Notes under the pieces: generated by a model
Database searches by the model: none
Told to the model about the DNA's origin: nothing
The model's input: the letters and a program-made list of their open reading frames with translations, nothing else
NCBI GenBank assembly: GCA_964358005.1
Contig: CAYHNH010000003.1
Coordinates: forward strand, 16,334 to 80,333
Direction: 5' to 3'
Source: an uncultured Candidatus Saccharibacteria bacterium
GTDB lineage: Bacteria; Patescibacteriota; Minisyncoccia; Phycocordibacterales; PALSA-1337
DNA: 64,000 nucleotides
Shown: positions 46,205-54,627 of the stretch, piece by piece
How positions within the stretch are numbered: position 1 is the stretch's first letter
Layout: every line of letters starts with the position of its first letter
Made by a program: the position numbers and the translations under genes

Positions 46205-46759
46205 AAATTGATCTGTACACAATGCTACATATTGCCAATCGTCTCGTCAATGCGTAGGAATTTTCAATATAAATAAAAGAGCGCGTAACCAACCCATGTC
46301 GGTTACGCGCCCACAACTCAACCCCTTAGAGGCAGAGACCGGACCCCCGAAGGGCGACCGGGCTTTCGTGATGGTGACCACCAACGTCGACGCCTTGCGT
46401 CGCGGTCGGTGGATAGCATCCTTATTACTCCAGTGCGACTGATGACTAACCGTCAAACCGTCTGACGGCTCGCGCTTCATGTGGAGCACCGACTGTCCTT
46501 CCCGTGGTCACGGGATCCAGTACCGAGAAGCATCGGTACCCTTATCGGAAACGCGGTTCCAGCGGGGCCAATCGAGTGGTCCCAACGCGCGTTCCATGCT
46601 GGCCTCGATCTGGCAGAATGCCGTGAATACAAGGCCAATATGGAACGCGCGATACACGTGGAGTGACTCAATGAACGTTATGTGGGTAGTATACCACGCA
46701 GGAATGATTTGTCAAGTCCGTGTGTGGGGCATAAATTCGTTGTACGATAAGGCAACTCT

Positions 46760-47365
46760 ATGCCAACTGAATTAACAGCAATTTTTGGAGTTCTATCTGG
46801 AATCGCAGTCCTAATCGGTGGCATCCCATATCTCCGAGACATTCACCTAAATAGAGCACAGCCTCATATATTGAGCTGGTTGGGCTGGACCTTTATCACT
46901 GCTCTCGGTGCCAGCGCGATGCAGGCTGAAGGCAGCACTTGGGTGGTCGGAATACTGTGGGCGAATGCGCTCAATTCCTTCCTGATAGCGGCGTACTCGG
47001 CTATTAAGAAAACTGGTGTCTGGTCGACTGGTATCTATGATTATATTTTTTTCGGGCTAGGCGTCATGGGACTAGTCCTGTGGCAGGTTTTGGATATGCC
47101 TGTCCTGGCGATTATCTGTGCCATTGCAGCTGACTTGTCGTTTGGCATTCCGACGATCATAAAATCATACAAGAATCCGGGATCAGAAACATTCTTTGTG
47201 TGGCTAATGTCCTCTGTTTCTGGTTTTCTTAGCTTGCTTGCTATCCAGCAATTCGTTTTCCATGAGGTGGCATATCCACTATATTTGTTTATTTATGACA
47301 CTATAGTCATGCTACTAGTATTGAAAATAATTCACAGACCAGGCCGTGGTCTCGTTCAGAAATAA
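46760..47365 (+). CDS. polytopic membrane protein (6 predicted helices), low-G+C
   Basis: 201 aa, highly hydrophobic (IFGVLSGIAVLIGGIPYL; VVGILWANALNSFLIAAYSAI; ...); no family recognised. Confidence 0.45.
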   Translation: MPTELTAIFGVLSGIAVLIGGIPYLRDIHLNRAQPHILSWLGWTFITALGASAMQAEGSTWVVGILWANALNSFLIAAYSAIKKTGVWSTGIYDYIFFGLGVMGLVLWQVLDMPVLAIICAIAADLSFGIPTIIKSYKNPGSETFFVWLMSSVSGFLSLLAIQQFVFHEVAYPLYLFIYDTIVMLLVLKIIHRPGRGLVQK

Positions 47366-47369
47366 TTTC

Positions 47370-48683
47370 ATGCCTGACATCGACCTATACAACAAATCTC
47401 CCGAATCATACGATGATCTCCAACACATGCGCCCGGACTATGTCGGTGCGCAAAAGGCGTTTATAGATCTGGCGGTACAACATTTGAACGGCAAACAGAA
47501 TATCTCTGTCGCTGATTTCTGCTGCGGCACAGGTCAAGACACCAAAACGCTCGCCGGACATGTGAAGATTGATAAGGCCACGCTCATAGACATAAACAAG
47601 GACTTTTTGAGAATTGCTAAGGAGAAGGACATTGGAGTTCACAATATCGTGACGATTTGCTCTGACATTCTGGAGGCTGACGTGTCAGCGAATAATGATC
47701 TAGTCATCTCGATGTTCGCCTATCACCATGTTCCAAATAATAGGAAGGCTGATTATCTAAAGAAGGCGAAGGAGGCTCTTAAGCCTGGCGGCCTGCTTCT
47801 TCTAGGTGAGATATTCATGCAGAGTAAGGCGGATACGTTGAAGTACTATGAGGATTTGATCGCTTCGATTCCCGGATCGAAGGATAATCCTGCTTTGGTC
47901 AGTTTTCTAAGGCAGACTGCGCAAAGCGATGATTTTGAATTTAAAGTCTCCAAGGAGTATGCCTACAATCAACTAAAAGAGGCAGGTTTTTCTCTGGTTG
48001 AGTCGAAAAAGATATGGCCCCTCGATGGCAGTTTGTCGGCTGATGATGGGACATTTGTGGAGGTTTGGAAATCAAATATTACGAAATTGTTTCTAACATC
48101 TGCAGGTTTTACTAACTCTGAAACTACAGATATTTTGATGGAAGAGATCCCAAAGCAGGCCGAATTGTGTAAGGTTTTGATGATTAGCTGCACCCAGGAT
48201 GAGACTGAGGAATCCTATGTGAATGAGTCCAAGAATGAGCTTCGATCACTCGGTTTCAAGGACATAAAGGTTCTTGATCTGCACAAACCGATGAAGCCTG
48301 ATCCTGCCGACATTGTGTATGTCTGTGGCGGCAATACTTTTGCGATCCTGCAGAAAATGAAAGAAACGGGTGTCGATAAATTTATAATTGATTCAGTGAA
48401 TAAGGGTGCCTTGTACATAGGCGTTTCCGCGGGAAGCATTATGGCTGGCAAGACCATCGAGATTGCCGGATGGGGCTCGACCGGAGACAAGAATGAGGTC
48501 GGCCTCAAGGATCTCACTGGCTTCGGTTTTACTGACGTAGCAGTTTTTCCTCATTATCAGACTTCACAAAAAGATGAGGTCGCGGAATTCAAGAAGAGGG
48601 CCACTTATCCGGTTATTGAAATTACCGACAATCAGATGGTGTTTGTGAGGGATAATAAAGCAAAAAAGATAGGGAGATTTTAA
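47370..48683 (+). CDS. fusion protein: class I SAM-dependent methyltransferase (N-terminal) plus peptidase S51/dipeptidase-E-like domain (C-terminal)
   Basis: N-terminal VADFCCGTGQDTKTLAGH (motif I) ...LLLGEIFMQS; C-terminal IVYVCGGNTFAILQKMKETG...IGVSAGSIMAG (GGNTF plus nucleophile-elbow serine typical of the S51 family). Start at ATG 47370 (track start is GTG 47346). Confidence 0.5.
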   Translation: MPDIDLYNKSPESYDDLQHMRPDYVGAQKAFIDLAVQHLNGKQNISVADFCCGTGQDTKTLAGHVKIDKATLIDINKDFLRIAKEKDIGVHNIVTICSDILEADVSANNDLVISMFAYHHVPNNRKADYLKKAKEALKPGGLLLLGEIFMQSKADTLKYYEDLIASIPGSKDNPALVSFLRQTAQSDDFEFKVSKEYAYNQLKEAGFSLVESKKIWPLDGSLSADDGTFVEVWKSNITKLFLTSAGFTNSETTDILMEEIPKQAELCKVLMISCTQDETEESYVNESKNELRSLGFKDIKVLDLHKPMKPDPADIVYVCGGNTFAILQKMKETGVDKFIIDSVNKGALYIGVSAGSIMAGKTIEIAGWGSTGDKNEVGLKDLTGFGFTDVAVFPHYQTSQKDEVAEFKKRATYPVIEITDNQMVFVRDNKAKKIGRF

Positions 48684-48720
48684 AGTGGACATAAATCCGA
48701 TTTGGAGTAATATTTAAGCC

Positions 48721-49251
48721 ATGTCCGTCACCCTCATCTTCGAAGCTCACGGCACGACATTCGACAACGAAGCTCATCTCTCGTCGGGCTGGAATGACGT
48801 GGCTCTGTCGCCATTGGGCGAGCGGCAATCGCGAGAGATGGGCGAGCGCTACAAGGACGACCATTTCGACGCCATATTCTGCTCGGACCTACAGCGCGCC
48901 TACAAGAGCGCCGAGATCGGATTTGGGGACAAATGGCCGATCATCCGCGACGCCCGATTACGAGAATGCAACTACGGCGACTTGACCCAGAGCCCGAGCG
49001 AAATAGTCGACAGGGAAAAGCCGCAGAGGATACATACGCCATTCCCGAACGGGGAGAGCTATATGCAGACCAATGTCCGTATGAAGTCATTCCTGGATGA
49101 TTTGAAGCGCGATTACAATGGCAAGCGCGTCATGGTCATCGGTCATCGCGCGACCCAGTATGGCATCCAGAACATCGTCGAAGGCACGCCGTACGAGAAG
49201 CTCACCACCACGCATTTCAAATGGCAGCCAGGGTGGGGGTATGAGGTGTAA
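48721..49251 (+). CDS. histidine phosphatase (phosphoglycerate-mutase-like) family protein
   Basis: N-terminal LIFEAHGTTFDNEA (RHG-type catalytic His motif variant) ...GWNDVALSPLGERQSREMGERY; 176 aa. Confidence 0.55.
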   Translation: MSVTLIFEAHGTTFDNEAHLSSGWNDVALSPLGERQSREMGERYKDDHFDAIFCSDLQRAYKSAEIGFGDKWPIIRDARLRECNYGDLTQSPSEIVDREKPQRIHTPFPNGESYMQTNVRMKSFLDDLKRDYNGKRVMVIGHRATQYGIQNIVEGTPYEKLTTTHFKWQPGWGYEV

Positions 49252-49263
49252 AGCATAATTTTC

Positions 49264-49950
49264 ATGGAAAATATAAAAGAAGACGGAACAATTAATAAAG
49301 AAAGGAAAGTGCCTTGTTCAGAATGTGCATCCAAAACTTATCACAAGGTCTTAAAATCGATTAATTATCTTGAATCTGGGGACTGGGGAATTACATGGGG
49401 TAATTATGAAATAATTATATGTCAGGGATGTAGATATATTTCCTTTAGAAAAGTTTTAGGGACTGATGATGTAATTGGACAAGATGAGGAGGGAAATTTC
49501 ATATACGAGGAGGAAGAGGAGTTGTTCCCTCCAAGATTGAGTGGAAGGAAAGAGCTTGAGGATAATAGGTTTTTGCCCTTGGATGTCGGAAGAGTATATC
49601 GTGAGACCTATCGTGCTATTAATGGCGAACAACCGATTCTCGCCGGAATGGGAATCAGGGCGTTGGTTGAAGCTGTATGTGTTGAAGAAAAAATAAAGGG
49701 TAGAAACTTGGAGAAAAGGATTGATAACCTAGTTGAAGCTGATTTACTTACCAAGAAAGGCGCTGAAATTCTTCAGCAAATTAGGCTTTATGGTAATGAT
49801 GCGGCTCACGAAGCAAAAGCGGCAAAGATTGAGGATCTGGGGGTCCTAATGGATATAGCCGAAAACCTTCTACACAATACATACCTACTTAAGATAGGGG
49901 TAGCAAAGCTAGAAAAAGTAAAAAGTAAGCCTAAAGAGGCTAAGAAATAG
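49264..49950 (+). CDS. DUF4145-domain protein with N-terminal Cys4 zinc-ribbon-like region
   Basis: CSEC...CQGC N-terminal pairs; C-terminal DUF4145 signature (KRIDNLVEADLLTKKGAEILQQIRLYGNDAAHEAKAAKIEDLGVLMDIAENLL). Confidence 0.5.
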   Translation: MENIKEDGTINKERKVPCSECASKTYHKVLKSINYLESGDWGITWGNYEIIICQGCRYISFRKVLGTDDVIGQDEEGNFIYEEEEELFPPRLSGRKELEDNRFLPLDVGRVYRETYRAINGEQPILAGMGIRALVEAVCVEEKIKGRNLEKRIDNLVEADLLTKKGAEILQQIRLYGNDAAHEAKAAKIEDLGVLMDIAENLLHNTYLLKIGVAKLEKVKSKPKEAKK

Positions 49951-49999
49951 AACCCTGGTTTGCCTGGTATTGACTTTAAAATTAGGCTACAATTAGTCT

Positions 50000-50602
50000 A
50001 TGGACATACAGAGGGCACAGCAAGCAGCTTTGTATTTTGCATCTAGCGTAAGCGATCTATATCTGGTTAAGCTTATGAAGCTTTTCTATTATCTAGATTT
50101 CATTTCTGTAAGAGAGACAGGTAAATCTGTCACAAATGATACTTATTTTCATTTGCCATACGGACCAATACCGAGCTTTATAAAGGATAATATTGATTCT
50201 CTAGATTCTGGTATTAAGGCGGAGGAGGTAAAAATACTTGATCCAAATCAAACCGGTACCCCGGTGTGGTTAAAGATTTCTAGTATATTTGACGGGGTTC
50301 TCGAGTTAAACACTAGGGGGAAAGGTAAAATTGCCAAAGTGGTTAATGGTCAGGCTTTTGATAGTAATAAAATTTCTGAATATGAAAAGAATCTCTTGGC
50401 CGATATTGTCAGAGATCTTGGAAATAAAACAGTGCAGGAAATTGTTAATATGACGCACTCTGAACCACCTTATGCACAAACCTCACCTAGTCAGGCAATT
50501 CCATATGATCTTGCATTTCAATTAGATGTAAGGCAGATATTGCCAAGTAGGACTGTAGTTTTCGATAAGGAAATTGCCTTCTCAAGATTTGTTTCATCCT
50601 AA
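50000..50602 (+). CDS. Panacea (DUF4065/SocA-like) domain protein, candidate type II antitoxin
   Basis: KLMKLFYYLDFISVRETGKSVTNDTYFHLPYGPIPSF matches the DUF4065/Panacea core (KLqKLLYyaDf....G..itg..y.a...GPV). Confidence 0.6.
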   Translation: MDIQRAQQAALYFASSVSDLYLVKLMKLFYYLDFISVRETGKSVTNDTYFHLPYGPIPSFIKDNIDSLDSGIKAEEVKILDPNQTGTPVWLKISSIFDGVLELNTRGKGKIAKVVNGQAFDSNKISEYEKNLLADIVRDLGNKTVQEIVNMTHSEPPYAQTSPSQAIPYDLAFQLDVRQILPSRTVVFDKEIAFSRFVSS

Positions 50603-50608
50603 TATGTT

Positions 50609-51058
50609 ATGCCTCCAGTAAAGTTTGGTGAAATTTATTTTAAAAGAGGCCAACTCAAAAACAAGCTTAGTGGATCTTCCGATGGTCACTACGTGGTTGT
50701 GCTAGGAGTCGATACAAAAGCAAACTCAATTTTGTATCAGACTCTGGAATCGGGCCTTAATAAAGTATTTTTATATCCAAACTCGCCCAAGGCCCCGTTC
50801 ATTGATGTTGATACAGTTTCCTTTATTAACTATAGAAAATATTTAAATTTATTACATAAAGACACATGTATTATGATGCATTATGGAGTAGATACAGAGT
50901 CCTTGCCAGTGTTTCTATCTCCTAAATATGTTAAGAAGGGTATATTGAGTGATCATAATAAAAAAGCATTAATGATTAGTATAATTCCGGCTAGAGGATA
51001 TAGATTATCTGTACAAGAGTCATTACTGATAAATTATGCTTACCAAAATTATAAATGA
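50609..51058 (+). CDS. candidate toxin partner of the Panacea-domain gene (possible PemK/MazF-like fold)
   Basis: Starts 7 nt after the Panacea gene stop. N-terminal GEIYFKRGQL...DGHYVVVLGVD resembles the G(D/E)I(W/Y).V.....G.E....RP.vVv pattern of PemK/MazF/CcdB-fold toxins; weak. Confidence 0.35.
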   Translation: MPPVKFGEIYFKRGQLKNKLSGSSDGHYVVVLGVDTKANSILYQTLESGLNKVFLYPNSPKAPFIDVDTVSFINYRKYLNLLHKDTCIMMHYGVDTESLPVFLSPKYVKKGILSDHNKKALMISIIPARGYRLSVQESLLINYAYQNYK

Positions 51059-51070
51059 TGTTTTAAGGCC

Positions 51071-51652
51071 ATGAACAATAAACTTATTGGTACTATCATT
51101 ATAGTCGCCATTGCATTGATTGGGGCATATTATATTGGCCAAAATTCAAAGGGTCCTGTTCAGGAGCCTCTTCCTATTAAGACTGAAGCGAATTATATTG
51201 TGCCGACTCCAGTTGCCAAAAAAAATCCCGCCAATCAATCCGCTAAGACGAGTATTGAGTTATCGGAGAACCCAGAGTATTTGTTTAGTAAGAATTTTGA
51301 TCCCAGCCTTGTAAAGGTGTATGGAGTAGGAGTTGGAGATTATCAGAGTAAAATCGACCCTTCATCAGTTGTAGAAGGCGTGGAATATTTTGGTTGGATT
51401 CATACTACAAATAAAATTGGATATCGAATTGCCGACAATAAAGTTGTGGAGATTTCATTAAACAGTTCTGTGCTCGCCCGGATGGGTATTTTTCGTCAGG
51501 ATGAGATTATTATTAGATTTGGTAAGCCAGATCAGACCAACGAGTCTGGAAATTCACCATACAAGACATTTAAATACTACTATATCAATAAAGGCTTGGT
51601 TGTTTCCTACTACGAAACTGGTGGTTTGGCGGTAAATATAATTGATAATTAA
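51071..51652 (+). CDS. hypothetical N-terminally membrane-anchored protein
   Basis: TM helix LIGTIIIVAIALIGAYYI then a 165-aa soluble domain; low G+C. Confidence 0.35.
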   Translation: MNNKLIGTIIIVAIALIGAYYIGQNSKGPVQEPLPIKTEANYIVPTPVAKKNPANQSAKTSIELSENPEYLFSKNFDPSLVKVYGVGVGDYQSKIDPSSVVEGVEYFGWIHTTNKIGYRIADNKVVEISLNSSVLARMGIFRQDEIIIRFGKPDQTNESGNSPYKTFKYYYINKGLVVSYYETGGLAVNIIDN

Positions 51653-51663
51653 TTTTAAAATAT

Positions 51664-51906
51664 ATGCCAACCCCACAAGTGCTGAACTTGCTCGGTTTAA
51701 TACTAAATACGGCTGCTGCCATCGTATTAATTGTTCCAAATCTTAGCCCAACAAAGAGTTTAAATGATGATCAGGTCATTTCTGGAAAACCAGGGTCACC
51801 AGAGTATATTCAGGTTAAGGACTTAAAGGAAAGCTGTATAAATAAAATAGGACTAATTCTATTAGCCTTGGGATTTATCTTACAGATAATATCTATCTTC
51901 TATTAA
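51664..51906 (+). CDS. small two-TM membrane protein (80 aa)
   Basis: VLNLLGLILNTAAAIVLIV and IGLILLALGFILQIISIFY hydrophobic helices. Confidence 0.3.
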   Translation: MPTPQVLNLLGLILNTAAAIVLIVPNLSPTKSLNDDQVISGKPGSPEYIQVKDLKESCINKIGLILLALGFILQIISIFY

Positions 51907-51960
51907 GTGCGTGCACGCCGTTAGATTTTAGTGTTTTGTGAAAAGGCGTATACTGTTTGC

Positions 51961-53136
51961 ATGGAACCCCTAGCCAACAAAATACGACCCCAAAACCTGA
52001 AGGAGTTCGTGGGGCAGGAGCATCTGGTGGGCCCGGGGAAACCTTTGCGCAAAGCCATAGAGGACAAGCACCTGTTCTCATTCGTGCTCTGGGGACCTCC
52101 GGGGACGGGCAAGACGACGATAGCGCGCATATATGCGAACGCCCTGGATGCGCGGCTGTATGAATTGTCGGCCGTGTCCGCGGGCAAAGACGACATCAGG
52201 AAGATCATCGACGATCCCGAGATGCTCGATCAGCGACCGAAGCTGCTATTCCTGGATGAAATCCACCGCTTCAATAAAGCCCAGCAGGATTTCCTCCTGC
52301 CTCATGTGGAGAGTGGCAAGCTCACATTGATCGGCGCCACCACCGAGAATCCCAGCTTCGAGGTCATACCGGCACTTTTGTCGCGCTGCCGTGTATTCGT
52401 GCTCAAGTCACTGACCGAAGATGACCTCCGCGCTATCGTGAAGCGCACGAAGCTGAAGGTGCCCAAGGCCGCCGAGGACTGGCTCGTCGGTCTGGCCAAT
52501 GGCGACGCCCGCATAGCCATCACGGCGATCGAGAACTGCAAGCGCCTCTATGGAGCCATCACCCTCGAGAATCTCAAGAATACATTCGAGCACGCCTTCA
52601 TCAGGTTCGATAAGAAAGGGGAGGAGCACTACGATACTATTTCCGCATACATAAAGAGCATGCGTGCCGGTGATGCTGACGCGGCTTTGTATTACCTCGC
52701 GCGTATGGTGGAGGGAGGGGAGGATCCCAAATTCATTGCGAGAAGGATGGTCATATTTGCTTCAGAGGATATCGGACTAGCTCAGCCGACCGCGCTCGTC
52801 GTGGCCAATGCGGTGTTTGAGGCTGTAGATACGATAGGGATGCCGGAGGCTGGTATCAACCTCGCGCACGGAACGGCGTATCTGGCTCTGGCCGCTAAGG
52901 ATCGTTCAGCTCATGACGGCTATTTCGAGGCTCTCGGCGACGTGAAGAAAACGGGCAATCTGCCTATACCTATGAAGGTCAGGAATGCACCAACCAAGAT
53001 GATGAAGGAGATGGGCTATGGCGCCGGCTATGAGAAGTATGACAAGGAGAGCTATCTGCCGGAGAAGCTGAAGGGGAAGAAGTATATAAAAAGGCCGGAT
53101 AAGGGCTTGGGGAAAAACGAGGGAGGGGAAAGGTGA
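51961..53136 (+). CDS. rarA: replication-associated recombination protein A (AAA+ ATPase RarA/MgsA)
   Basis: Walker A WGPPGTGKTT, Walker B LLFLDEIHRFNKAQQD, and the C-terminal MgsA helical domain (GYGAGYEKYDKESYLP). Confidence 0.85.
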   Translation: MEPLANKIRPQNLKEFVGQEHLVGPGKPLRKAIEDKHLFSFVLWGPPGTGKTTIARIYANALDARLYELSAVSAGKDDIRKIIDDPEMLDQRPKLLFLDEIHRFNKAQQDFLLPHVESGKLTLIGATTENPSFEVIPALLSRCRVFVLKSLTEDDLRAIVKRTKLKVPKAAEDWLVGLANGDARIAITAIENCKRLYGAITLENLKNTFEHAFIRFDKKGEEHYDTISAYIKSMRAGDADAALYYLARMVEGGEDPKFIARRMVIFASEDIGLAQPTALVVANAVFEAVDTIGMPEAGINLAHGTAYLALAAKDRSAHDGYFEALGDVKKTGNLPIPMKVRNAPTKMMKEMGYGAGYEKYDKESYLPEKLKGKKYIKRPDKGLGKNEGGER

Positions 53137-53181
53137 TAGAGTATGGGTATTAGGATTAATCAATAACATCTTTCATTTAAC

Positions 53182-53598
53182 ATGAAACAAGTACTTGCTA
53201 GGGTGTATCACAACAGAAACATAGACACGGGCGCTCTCATCATCCGCCTCGCCATCGGTATCATATTCGTATCAGCCGCCTGGATGAAGATGTCCGACAT
53301 GACCGCGACCGTCGGATTCTTCGCTCAGATGGGCTTCTCGGCTTCGCAGGCGTATCTCGTAGCCTGGGTCGAGATGATCGGCGGCGTGCTGCTCATCCTC
53401 GGATTGTTCATCAAACCGGCCTCGGTAGCTCTCGCAGTCATCATGGCAGTCGTTGTCTGGGGTACTCCCGGCAGTAAGTATGACGTATTCTTCGGGCATA
53501 ACTACCAGTTCATCCTCTTGGTCACTCTCATCGCCCTGTACTTCATAGGCGCTGGCAGATTCTCGGCCCTATTCCTCCGAAAGAAAGGCTCGAACTAG
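53182..53598 (+). CDS. DoxX-family membrane protein
   Basis: Four hydrophobic helices; IIRLAIGIIFVSAAWMKM and VEMIGGVLLILG match DoxX. Confidence 0.65.
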   Translation: MKQVLARVYHNRNIDTGALIIRLAIGIIFVSAAWMKMSDMTATVGFFAQMGFSASQAYLVAWVEMIGGVLLILGLFIKPASVALAVIMAVVVWGTPGSKYDVFFGHNYQFILLVTLIALYFIGAGRFSALFLRKKGSN

Positions 53599-54498
53599 TT
53601 TTTCCGCTTCGGCATTCTCGCCGGGCCTGAACCACCTGATGGCCGTATTCTTGCGCCACCAGGTTTTTTGGCGTCGGGCATATTGCCAGATCTTCGTTGT
53701 GAGGGTCACCTGGAGCTCCTCGAGGGTGAGGTTGTTCTGCAGATATTCAGCCAGGTATCTATATTCGAGGCCGAGCTCCTTCATGCGGGCATAGCTTAGG
53801 CTGTATCCCTCGGGACCTGGGGCATGGAGCTTGTGGGCCTCTTCTATCATGCCGCCCTGCAGACGTGCGGAGAGGCGGTTCACGATCCTTGTCCGTATCT
53901 CATCGTCGGCCGGCATAATGCCGATCATGAGCGGGTCGTATTTGGCGTGCGATACCAACATGGGGACTTGCCCGAGATTTTGGGCGATGAGAAGGGCACG
54001 AATGACGCGGCGCTTATTGCTATAGCTTCCGTTCGACTTCATCTCCTCGGCGCGGCGTGGATCGAGGAAGTGGAGCTCCTTGTAGAGGGCCTCTAGGGGC
54101 TGTAGTTCCAGGGATTGCTGGACCTCATGGTCGGTCTCGATTTCAGGTAATTTTGTGTCGTTGATCAGCGCATCGATATAGAAACCAGTGCCACCGCAAA
54201 TGATAGGCAGTCTTCGGCGATGGAGGATGTCCGCTACGGCATCTTCGGCGAGGTGCTTCCATTGGGAAACGGTGTATCTCTCGTGGGGATCGGCGATGCT
54301 TAGTCCATAGTGCTTGACTCCTTTTGTCTCTGTTGGGGTTATCTTGCCGGTGCCTATGTCGAGACCCTTGTAGACCTGGCGCGAGTCAGCGGATATGACT
54401 TCGCCATCGAATTTGAGGGCCAGCTCCACAGCCAGGTCGCTCTTACCTGAGGCTGTCGGGCCAACTACTACGAGGATCTTGGGTCTCTCTGTTTTCAT
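53569..54498 (-). CDS. miaA: tRNA dimethylallyltransferase
   Basis: ILVVVGPTASGKSDLAVELA P-loop and ISADSRQVYKGLDIGTGK motif; start at ATG 54498 (MKTERPK...), 4 nt from the tRNA-Leu 3' end. The longer track ORF runs through the tRNA. Confidence 0.85.
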   Translation of the reverse strand: MKTERPKILVVVGPTASGKSDLAVELALKFDGEVISADSRQVYKGLDIGTGKITPTETKGVKHYGLSIADPHERYTVSQWKHLAEDAVADILHRRRLPIICGGTGFYIDALINDTKLPEIETDHEVQQSLELQPLEALYKELHFLDPRRAEEMKSNGSYSNKRRVIRALLIAQNLGQVPMLVSHAKYDPLMIGIMPADDEIRTRIVNRLSARLQGGMIEEAHKLHAPGPEGYSLSYARMKELGLEYRYLAEYLQNNLTLEELQVTLTTKIWQYARRQKTWWRKNTAIRWFRPGENAEAEKLVRAFLSEE

Positions 54499-54502
54499 TC
54501 TG

Positions 54503-54584
54503 TGCCGGGAGGGAGAATCGAACTCCCATGGATTACTCCGCACGATTTTGAGTCGTGTGCGTCTACCAATTCCGCCATCCCGGC
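54503..54584 (-). tRNA. tRNA-Leu (anticodon CAA), long variable arm
   Basis: Acceptor GCCGGGA/TCCCGGC, anticodon stem-loop CACGA-CTCAAAA-TCGTG, long variable arm, T-loop TTCGATT; 82 nt. Confidence 0.85.
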
Positions 54585-54627
54585 TTGTGTGGCAAAGTCT
54601 ACAATATTTTTGTGTTAAAATACATCC

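Noticed and set aside
46300-46480. GC-rich structured stretch considered as a possible ncRNA (RNase P RNA, tmRNA or SRP RNA)
   Set aside because: No hallmark motifs were seen: no RNase P P4 GGAAAGTCCGG-type element, no tmRNA tRNA-like end with a tag reading frame, and no SRP domain IV consensus. It is left unannotated. The overlapping ORFs (46247-46489, 46477-46671, 46479-46775) have Trp/Arg/Cys-rich non-protein-like composition.
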